Source: Candidatus Hopanoidivoransaceae bacterium (GTDB taxonomy: Bacteria > Actinomycetota > Acidimicrobiia > Acidimicrobiales > Hopanoidiivorantaceae). Taken from it: a DNA stretch of 64,000 nt. The stretch lies in NCBI GenBank assembly GCA_965204495.1, contig OZ241989.1, positions 1,641,214-1,705,213 on the forward strand, given 5' to 3'. A model generated the notes under the pieces. It had not been told where the DNA came from. It did not search any database and was given only the letters and a program-made list of their open reading frames with translations. A program made the translations under genes and the position numbers. Below, one piece after another: positions 56,051 to 62,646 of this stretch. Numbering within the stretch: position 1 is the first letter of the stretch; each line of letters begins with the position of its first letter.

Positions 56051-56079
56051 TCCTATAGGGGATTAATCTCATGTAAGGC

Positions 56080-56108
56080 ATTATAGCAATCAGAAGTATG
56101 TTTGACAC
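56080..56108 (-). promoter_or_regulatory. Candidate sigma-70-type promoter for the giant gene (GTGTCA-17 nt-TATAAT)
   Basis: Minus-strand TATAAT lies at 56085-56080 and GTGTCA at 56108-56103, in the only AT-rich stretch upstream of the leader repeats. This is sequence pattern only. Confidence 0.4.
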
Positions 56109-56170
56109 AGCATGACAAACAAAAAAATTGTGAGATTTTTACAGGTCAAGAATCCCCCCCCGCCATATCG

Positions 56171-56354
56171 CCAGCCGCCGACCCTAGCCCTACCCAGCCG
56201 CCGACCCTAGCCCTACCCAGCCGCCGTGCCTAGCCCTACCCAGCCGCCGTGCCTAGCCCTAGCCAGCCGCCGAGCCTCGCCCTAGCTAGCCGCCGAGCCT
56301 CGCCCTAGCTAGCCGCCGAGCCTCGCCCTAGCTAGCCGCCGAGCCTCGCCCTAG
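56171..56354 (+). repeat. 23-bp tandem array x8 (ccagccgccgagcctcgccctag family) with stepwise variant gradient
   Basis: The units, read directly, are 2x ccagccgccgaccctagccctac, ccagccgccgtgcctagccctac, ccagccgccgtgcctagccctag, ccagccgccgagcctcgccctag and 3x ctagccgccgagcctcgccctag. Confidence 0.9.
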
Positions 56355-56599
56355 CTAAGCGGCTGCGCTCCACAAGATGATCCGGGAGCTTCCCCAGCAG
56401 CGCAGCAGCTTCCATGCCAGTGTGGATGTGCGGCGCATCGGCTTGAAACAGCGCAGAAGACGCCTTCAGTTTCGCTTTCGGCGAGCGTGTGTTTTCTGCA
56501 GGTAACCTGCAAGAGTTCCCTAGAGGGTAGAGTTGCGGGGTGACGCTGACACGGCATCTGGTCTGCTGTCTTGTGGCTGAACCGCATAGTCAACAGCGA
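56355..56599 (+). repeat. Island scaffold element, full copy I: modules M1 (56357-56421), M2 (56422-56478), M3 (56479-56530), M4 (56535-56599)
   Basis: The same modules recur in whole or in part at 59025-59116 (M4'), 59623-59712 (23-mer + M1), 60127-60183 (M3), ~61429-61586 (diverged M2-M3), 62288-62586 (23-mer-like + M1-M3) and 63448-63572 (M3-M4). Confidence 0.85.
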
Positions 56600-56925
56600 A
56601 GCGGGCGGGCATATGACTGCCGAGTGCTGCTCAGAATTCTAGAAGGCTGTATTAGGGTTTTGCTGTTTCAGACTTGACAATCTCTCTTTTATGTGCTAAA
56701 GTGATCATGTGAAGAAAATGTGCCACAGCAAAATAGAGGAGAAGTTCCTCTTTCTGACCCGCAGCAGAGCCAATCTGCTGTGTCTGGCTTGCAGCATGGT
56801 GTGGAAGTTGAAGCAAGAAGTATCAACGAAGCAGTGCCGAGGGGTTGCCACGCAATTGACAGTTGTGGTAGAGATAACTGCCAGTGTTTGTATATTTGTA
56901 CAAAGATGTCTACAGAAAGGTTCGG

Positions 56926-58764
56926 ATGATGACTAGACTGCAATTTGACATTACTCCGTTTCTTGAACGAGAGGAGGGTCAGACATTTGAACGCAAATCG
57001 CTGTTTGAGGGCAAGCCGGGAAGCAAAAGCTCTCGGGATCGCAGAGTTATTCGCGATCAGATCGCCAGGTGGGTTGCTGGGTTTGCCAACGCTGACGGCG
57101 GCGTATTGATTCTGGGAATTGAAGACGATTTCTCTATTACTGGGCATGATCTAAGACCTGCCGACTTAAATACTCTTCTCAAAGTACCTGAGGATCGCTT
57201 AGATCCGGCACAAGAAAAAGGGTTTGTGATAAATATAGGTGAGTACGAACTCATTGTTTTTGATGTGCGAGCTTCAGATACTGAAGTAATGGTGATTGGC
57301 GACGGTTTCCCTTTGCGCATTGGTGACACAACTACGGAAGTGTCAGTTGAAGAAATTCGTTCAAGTAAGTTTTCCAGTATGTCTGAAAGCTGGTCAAGTC
57401 GCTCTTCATCTGGTTTGTTAGAGGATTTGGATGAAGAACTTCTGGGAGAAGCCAAAAAATCAGCTGGAAAAGAAAGTTGGACTGATGAAGAGTATCTGTT
57501 GCGTAGCAGTATGGCTCACAGAAGAGGACGACAAGTGATACTAAGAAATGCAGCAGAGTTGTTATTTAATCCATATGGCGGGAGTCACACAAACGCTGGT
57601 ATTCGAATTTTCCAGGTTGTTGGGACTGAACTACTGAGCGGAACAGAATACAATGCGAAAGAAATTGATCGTATTGAAGGGAACCTTCCCACGATTGTAG
57701 AAGAAGCAAGTTCAAGAATTTTGAATTTGCTTAAATCCTCAACGCCAATAATGGGTGGGAAATTTCGAGAAGTGCCTGAATATCCTTATTTTGCTTGGCA
57801 AGAAGCACTTGTCAATGCCGTCCTCCATAGAGATTATGCTGTTGAAGGGCAGTGCATAGAAATTCATTTATACAATGATCGTATCGAAATAACAAACCCT
57901 GGTGGGCTAGTTAAAGATGTTGATTTCGAAAAACTGATAAATTTGGAACGTGTTCACCGCAGTCGCAATTCTCTTATTGCCAAAGCAATGACTGATTTAG
58001 GTATAGTTCGCGACCAGGGTGAAGGAATTCCCCGTATGTTTTCTGAAATGGAGGATGCATTTCTCCCGAAACCGATAATAGAAACAAGTAATTTAGAATT
58101 TAAAGTCACTTTGAGGAATACTCCCACTTTAACCGCAGCTGACAAAAAATTTATTTCCCGACTAGGAAATTCACAATTTTCTGATGTAGAATTTAGAGCT
58201 TTGTTGCAAGCTCATCGCTATGGAAAGGTGGATAACGCATATTTGAGAAACCGATGTGGCCTTGATACTCTGAAATCAAGCAAACTTTTGAGCGGACTTT
58301 GTGATCAAAAATTTCTTAAGCTTCACCCACACGGACCCAATAGCTACTATACTCTCTCTGATTCTCTAGTTTCGCAAAACTATACAAATAATCTACCGCA
58401 GGAGAACGACGACAGAAATATGTCCAAAGCAGACAATGTTGCTTCAGATTCTGGTGAGACTCCCTTTAATGAAAGCAAACTTTTTGAGTCTCTCAGGGGT
58501 GACATAGACAATCTTGGCAAACGCCCAAGACGAGAAAAGCTGCGTCCGATAATCCACAAATTATGCTCACAGAATAGATGGATGACTTTAAATGAATTAT
58601 CTTCAATTTTGGGATACAGCCGAGGCGGGAATTTGAGAGATCACTTAAATCAAATGATAGATGAAGGTCAGATTGAACGGCGCTTTCCTCACAACCCCAA
58701 ACACCCTAAACAAGCATATCGCGCTACAAACACATTCTATGAAGATCCTAAGCAGGATTCATAG
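56926..58764 (+). CDS. AlbA_2 (Schlafen-like DNA-binding) + HATPase_c_4-type ATPase protein with C-terminal wHTH-like region
   Basis: Motifs EGQTFERKS...IARWVAGFANADGGVLILGIEDD and EALVNAVLHRDY are present. I placed the start at ATGATG 56926 (AAAGG 6 nt upstream) rather than the GTG at 56884. The gene is visibly AT-richer than the rest of the window. Confidence 0.7.
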   Translation: MMTRLQFDITPFLEREEGQTFERKSLFEGKPGSKSSRDRRVIRDQIARWVAGFANADGGVLILGIEDDFSITGHDLRPADLNTLLKVPEDRLDPAQEKGFVINIGEYELIVFDVRASDTEVMVIGDGFPLRIGDTTTEVSVEEIRSSKFSSMSESWSSRSSSGLLEDLDEELLGEAKKSAGKESWTDEEYLLRSSMAHRRGRQVILRNAAELLFNPYGGSHTNAGIRIFQVVGTELLSGTEYNAKEIDRIEGNLPTIVEEASSRILNLLKSSTPIMGGKFREVPEYPYFAWQEALVNAVLHRDYAVEGQCIEIHLYNDRIEITNPGGLVKDVDFEKLINLERVHRSRNSLIAKAMTDLGIVRDQGEGIPRMFSEMEDAFLPKPIIETSNLEFKVTLRNTPTLTAADKKFISRLGNSQFSDVEFRALLQAHRYGKVDNAYLRNRCGLDTLKSSKLLSGLCDQKFLKLHPHGPNSYYTLSDSLVSQNYTNNLPQENDDRNMSKADNVASDSGETPFNESKLFESLRGDIDNLGKRPRREKLRPIIHKLCSQNRWMTLNELSSILGYSRGGNLRDHLNQMIDEGQIERRFPHNPKHPKQAYRATNTFYEDPKQDS

Positions 58765-58808
58765 ATACAACCCATAATCCCCAATAGTCGTGATATTTGG
58801 AGAGTCCT

Positions 58809-59033
58809 ATGTCTGAAAGATTATTGGCTCGTATCCCCGAAGCTGCTGGTCGTATCCCCGAAGCTGCTGGTCGTATCCCCGATGCTGTTGGTCGTATCCC
58901 CGATGCTGTTGGTCGTATCCCCGATGCTGTTGGTCGTATCCCCGATGCTGTTGGTCGTATCCCCGATGCTGCTGGTCGTATCCCCGAAGCTGCATTGACA
59001 CCCCAAATGCAAAATATTTCTATAGCGGGGTGA
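58809..59033 (+). CDS. Possible 74-aa heptad-repeat micro-protein (MSERLLA-[RIPEAAG/RIPDAVG]x8-LTPQMQNISIAG)
   Basis: ATG at 58809 is preceded by GGAGAG 4 nt upstream. The body is the 21-bp tandem array, and the stop TGA lies inside module M4'. The coding status is unresolved because the opposite strand is also open. Confidence 0.35.
   Translation: MSERLLARIPEAAGRIPEAAGRIPDAVGRIPDAVGRIPDAVGRIPDAVGRIPDAAGRIPEAALTPQMQNISIAG
58827..58994. repeat. 21-bp tandem array x8 (ggtcgtatccccgaWgctgYt)
   Basis: The units were read directly. The outer units carry gaagctgct and the central four gatgctgtt. It is the same unit as the 16-copy array at 63573-63908. Confidence 0.95.
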
Positions 59034-59116
59034 CGCTGACACGGCATCTGGTCTATGCCGCTCCTTGCGGCTCGTCTGCGGCTTTGCTGGTGAGACGTCA
59101 GAGCCTCAACAGCGAA
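59025..59116 (+). repeat. Module M4' (conserved M4 ends gcggggtgacgctgacacggcatctggtct ... caacagcgaag with a different internal core)
   Basis: Direct comparison with 56535-56601 and 63505-63569. Confidence 0.75.
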
Positions 59117-59120
59117 GAGT

Positions 59121-59282
59121 TCAGAAAGAAGATTTTTTGGACTCCACTCTGAACGCCTGAACGAGTTCAGGGTCGCTCGTGTCGATCTGGGCGTTGCGGA
59201 GGACTTCCTCAACGGTGACCTCTTGGTTTTTCTTCGCTCTAGTGGCTCTGGGCCGGGAAGTGGCTTTGGATGCTTTCTTCAT
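59121..59282 (-). CDS. Small basic hypothetical protein (53 aa)
   Basis: Not in the track in this frame. ATG at 59282-59280 is preceded by AGAGAGGAAACAACCA (a strong SD). The product is MKKASKATSRPRATRAKKNQEVTVEEVLRNAQIDTSDPELVQAFRVESKKSSF, with stop TGA at 59123-59121. Confidence 0.5.
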   Translation of the reverse strand: MKKASKATSRPRATRAKKNQEVTVEEVLRNAQIDTSDPELVQAFRVESKKSSF

Positions 59283-59622
59283 TGGTTGTTTCCTCTCTTG
59301 TTATAGGAGACAATACTAGCATAATTATGACCAACGGCGTGAAAATCGCAAAAAGTGTGATATAGCGACGGGTGTGCCCAAGAATTTCGTCGCGCTCGTC
59401 TTCTTCCGCCACTCTCCTTACGCGCCAAAATCTCGCCTTGTATCGCATCTGAAGCCCAGCGCGAACTAGTGTAGCAGGACCTGCTGGGTTGCGGCGCGCT
59501 TTTCGGCGGTGGGTTTCGCTGGTTGCGGTTGTGTGGCTGTCCACGGCAGACTAGCCGCTGTCGGGAGCCACCGCAGGGTTTCGGCTTGTGAGCATCTGCC
59601 GCTTGCGCTGCCAGAAACACCG

Positions 59623-59712
59623 CCAGCCGCCGAGCCTCGCCCTAGCCAAGCGGCTGCGCTCCACAAGATGATCCGGGAGCTTCCCCAGCAGCGCAGCAGC
59701 TTCCATGCCAGT
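59623..59712 (+). repeat. One 23-mer unit + module M1
   Basis: ccagccgccgagcctcgccctag + ccaagcggctgcgctccacaagatgatccgggagcttccccagcagcgcagcagcttccatgccagt. Homology to copy I stops abruptly after ...gccagt. Confidence 0.85.
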
Positions 59713-59852
59713 AGCGTGCGAAGAAAAGGTTGCTTTTCCACTGAAAATGTGATATGGTTCTAGACATGAACAGATGCGTAGCCGTGAAGAGCGGAGCCAC
59801 CCGCCGCGTAGCGCGACGCAGCTACGCAGACGGTGCTAAAAGGAGCATCTCA

Positions 59853-60014
59853 ATGAAAATAAAAAGAAAAAAGGCATCGTCATCAGAACAGGCACCACTT
59901 CCGCGCGAGTTTCGTGCTGAAGACATTGTGCAAATCCCTGTTGGGGGCACAGGCAAGCCTTCACCCGATTCGCCTTTATACAACAAGTGGAAGGAGCAGA
60001 ACGGCAAAAAGTAG
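59853..60014 (+). CDS. Small hypothetical protein (53 aa)
   Basis: ATG at 59853 is preceded by AAAAGGAG 7 nt upstream. The product is MKIKRKKASSSEQAPLPREFRAEDIVQIPVGGTGKPSPDSPLYNKWKEQNGKK. The track ORF 59754-60014 is the same frame with an unlikely upstream start. Confidence 0.5.
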   Translation: MKIKRKKASSSEQAPLPREFRAEDIVQIPVGGTGKPSPDSPLYNKWKEQNGKK

Positions 60015-60126
60015 TTCTGCTCTGCTTCACAACCTGAAACCGAGACAGCAGGCACGCATCTGACGTGCCCGTATCACTCTGCTTGTCTTGGGAATTCAAG
60101 CAATTCACTTGCCGAGAACACCTGTT

Positions 60127-60183
60127 CGCCGAGCGTGTGTTCTCAGCAGGCGACCTGCAAGAGTTTCCTAGAGGCTAAGTTTG
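60127..60183 (+). repeat. Module M3 (solo copy)
   Basis: cgccgagcgtgtgttctcagcaggcgacctgcaagagtttcctagaggctaagttt. Confidence 0.8.
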
Positions 60184-60215
60184 CGTTTTGGGTTTTGTAG
60201 CTGGGTGTAGCAGTC

Positions 60216-60392
60216 ATGGCAAATAAATCTTCGAGTCCGCTGAATTTCGCGCCGTCTACTATTTTCACGGGCGATAATCTGCCTGTGATGCGTGGGATGA
60301 ATTCTGAGAGTGTGGATTTGATCTATTTGGATCTGCCTTTCAATAGTAAAGCTAATTACGCGGCACCTAAGCGGCTGCCAAGCAGCTTATGA
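60216..60392 (+). pseudogene. 5' fragment (58 codons) of an N6/N4 DNA methyltransferase
   Basis: MANKSSSPLNFAPSTIFTGDNLPVMRGMNSESVDLIYLDLPFNSKANYAAPKRLPSSL*. The N-terminal pattern of beta-class amino-MTases is present, with the DPPF motif degraded to DLPF. The reading frame ends about 50 aa into what should be a protein of more than 250 aa. Confidence 0.65.
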
Positions 60393-60814
60393 AGCAGGCG
60401 GACAAACAAGCGACGTAGCCGATTGAGTAGCAATGGACCAAGCTGCCATCCGAAGCCTATGGCTTGATCGGTCAACGCGTCCTTCATGTCTTTGTAGTGT
60501 TCGTTGGTTTCCCATGCGACAGTGACATGCGACGGCACAGGGTGACCGTCGCATTTGGGGTAGATATTGAACTGATGGAATGTTCCGGCTGTTACTGCAA
60601 CGACCCCTACAATTTGCGATTTGTCTGTTTCGGTTGTGCGCCGATAGTTCTTCAGAGCTTCTTTTGGTGTGTCTACAGTTGAGAGGTACAGAGACAACTT
60701 TTTCTCTTTCCTAGCGGAAAAAACTGTCTCCCTCAGATCGCTGATATTACCAGATGGACAATCCCATGTTTTAACTATCCGGTAGAGTCTTGCGTCGCCG
60801 TGGAGTTCTTCCAT
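60356..60814 (-). CDS. Hypothetical protein (152 aa), distal gene of an overlapping pair
   Basis: ORF-track entry. AAAGG lies upstream of the ATG. No family was recognised. Confidence 0.5.
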   Translation of the reverse strand: MEELHGDARLYRIVKTWDCPSGNISDLRETVFSARKEKKLSLYLSTVDTPKEALKNYRRTTETDKSQIVGVVAVTAGTFHQFNIYPKCDGHPVPSHVTVAWETNEHYKDMKDALTDQAIGFGWQLGPLLLNRLRRLFVRLLHKLLGSRLGAA

Positions 60815-61188
60815 TCCGATACCTTTCGAGAAAGCGTCTTCCAGCCTTCGCCTTTCAACGTATGCTGACCTTTTCCATGTGGCGCTAAGTCGTGAAGTAT
60901 CCTATGCTCTGCTTGTCTGGAAGGCAGATGCACATCTACACGCAAAGAATCAGAAGGATTCCGCCACACCAAAAGAATGTTGCCATCCTCTGCTGGCTGC
61001 ACCAGCGGGCAACCTATGTCGTTCTTGTCCAAGATGTTAACAGTGAAGTCTTCCAAAAAGCCTTCCAGTCCTTCCAGTCCGACAGGGTGGACGCCCCCAT
61101 CCTGATTCGGATCCGCGTCAATATAGCGTTGCAGGTTTTCTGTCATGTCGCGGACACGGTTGTCGTCTAGGTCTTTACCGGTAGTCAT
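60775..61188 (-). CDS. Hypothetical acidic protein (137 aa), proximal gene of an overlapping pair
   Basis: I placed the start at ATG 61188-61186, preceded by GAAAGAGAGGAAAAA (a strong SD). The track start 61224 has no SD. Confidence 0.5.
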   Translation of the reverse strand: MTTGKDLDDNRVRDMTENLQRYIDADPNQDGGVHPVGLEGLEGFLEDFTVNILDKNDIGCPLVQPAEDGNILLVWRNPSDSLRVDVHLPSRQAEHRILHDLAPHGKGQHTLKGEGWKTLSRKVSEWKNSTATQDSTG

Positions 61189-61428
61189 TTTTTCCTCTCT
61201 TTCAGTGTTTTGTTGCGGAGTCATCTGATTCCACTATAGCCTATGTGCGATGCAGTCTCCTATCCACTAGCGGTTCCGGCTAATGTTTCTGCTCTGCTCA
61301 TGGTTCAAGTATACATTAACTTTTTCGCGTTTGCAACGCATGCACTTGAAATTTGCCAATTCAGGAAATTTCCTCATTCTGGAACCGCCCCAGCGAAAAA
61401 TCGCTATCGCAGCAGCGTCTGCCGCCTC

Positions 61429-61586
61429 CGTCGATGTGCGCTGGGGGACCACCAGCCCAGCGGCGGCAGGAAACCCGGCGGCGAGTGCGCCCGTTCGTTG
61501 AAGCCGCGAGGCCCTGCCGCGTGGATCTCCCTGCTGCTGCAAGACACCTGTCAGCTTCGGCGAGCGTGTGTTCACTGCGGGTGACC
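61429..61586 (+). repeat. Diverged M2-M3 copy
   Basis: gtcgatgtgcgctggg...cctgtcagcttcggcgagcgtgtgttcactgcgggtgacc versus gtggatgtgcggcgca...ccttcagtttcgctttcggcgagcgtgtgttttctgcaggtaacc. Confidence 0.45.
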
Positions 61587-61709
61587 TTCTGCCGTTCACC
61601 AGAACGAACAGATAAACACCAACCTGCCGCGTTCCTGCGCCAGTCTGCTATCATAGATGTCATGTCTCCAAACCTCAATCCCCTGAATCAATGAAAGAAG
61701 GTTAGCACG

Positions 61710-62288
61710 ATGGAGCCAGCAGCCGTGCAGTCGGATCTAGCAGATAGGGCAGGGGAAACATCCGCCAAAACCTCGTCCCCGACTACGGGACACAGCGCCC
61801 CTATAGTGATTCCAGAGAACAATAGCCTTCTGTCCGACGGCTGGGCAGGAGCTATGATGCTTGCCAGCGAATTCAGGCCACTGCTGGAAGAAACCGAGAT
61901 GCTTGCCAGCGAATTCGTGTCGCTGCTGGAAGAAACCGTGACCCGTGCCGGCGAATTCGTGTCGCTGCTGGAAGAAGACGCAGAGTCAGAAGAGATCCCC
62001 GCCCTAGAGCATCTGCCTGCTTTTATGGTGTCTGTCGGCATAACCTCTTCAAAGTCTTCTGTCCCTTTGCCGTATATTTTCGAAGGCGGGCACGGCAGGG
62101 TCTGTTTCACATGGCTCCGCGAAGGAAAAGGCGATTGCTACCTTTACGCGAAACTGGACAGCATGAAAGCGAAATGGGTGGAAAGCGACAACGGCGAACA
62201 CATCAGAACCGAAATTCTGGATGTTAGCTGCGGTTCAGAAGACTGGGCTTCCCTGGCCCGATATCTGCGGGCAGCCTATGCTAAATGA
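61710..62288 (+). CDS. Hypothetical protein (192 aa) with 3 x 14-aa (42-bp) internal repeat
   Basis: GAAGG lies upstream of the ATG. The repeats MLASEFRPLLEETE / MLASEFVSLLEETV / TRAGEFVSLLEEDA span 61857-61982. Confidence 0.55.
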   Translation: MEPAAVQSDLADRAGETSAKTSSPTTGHSAPIVIPENNSLLSDGWAGAMMLASEFRPLLEETEMLASEFVSLLEETVTRAGEFVSLLEEDAESEEIPALEHLPAFMVSVGITSSKSSVPLPYIFEGGHGRVCFTWLREGKGDCYLYAKLDSMKAKWVESDNGEHIRTEILDVSCGSEDWASLARYLRAAYAK

Positions 62289-62586
62289 CCCCCGCCAAGC
62301 CTAGCCCTTGCCAGACGGCTGAGCCTAGCTCTCGCCTGAGCCGCCGAGCCTAGCCCTTGTCAGACGGCTGCGCCTAGCTCTCGCCTGAGCCGCCGAGCCT
62401 CGTCCTCGCCAGACGGCTGCGCTCCACAAGATGATCCGGGAGCTTCCCCAGCAGCGCAGCAGCTTCCATGCCAGTGTGGATGTGCGGCACATCGGCTTGA
62501 AACAGCGCAGAAGACGCCTTCAGGTTCGCTTTCGGCGAGCGTGTGTTTTCTTCAGGCGACCTGCAAGGGTTTCCTAGGGGCTGAGT
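62288..62586 (+). repeat. Island scaffold element: degenerate 23-mer-like repeats (62288-62410) + M1-M2-M3
   Basis: It is near-identical to 56357-56530 apart from a few substitutions. M4 is absent. Confidence 0.85.
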
Positions 62587-62646
62587 TTATATATTAATAA
62601 ATAAAAATCTGGCAAAGATGAAGTCATAAGAAGTGACGAAAATCTT

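Noticed and set aside
56377-56505. 42-codon Arg-rich ORF inside modules M1-M3 (MIRELPQQRSSFHASVDVRRIGLKQRRRRLQFRFRRACVFCR). It recurs at 62431 (48 codons) and 59668 (31 codons).
   Set aside because: It has no SD. The three copies share only the part encoded by M1/M2 and diverge or terminate wherever the module ends. All frames are open in this GC-rich block. It is more likely a by-product of a conserved non-coding sequence, and I cannot fully exclude a leader peptide.
56351-56593. Minus-strand ORFs reading through scaffold modules (56351-56593, 58748-59212, 59239-59741, 61267-61678, 63429-63926).
   Set aside because: They have no credible starts or SDs and their frames are not preserved between module copies. 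Their composition is driven by the repeat sequence.
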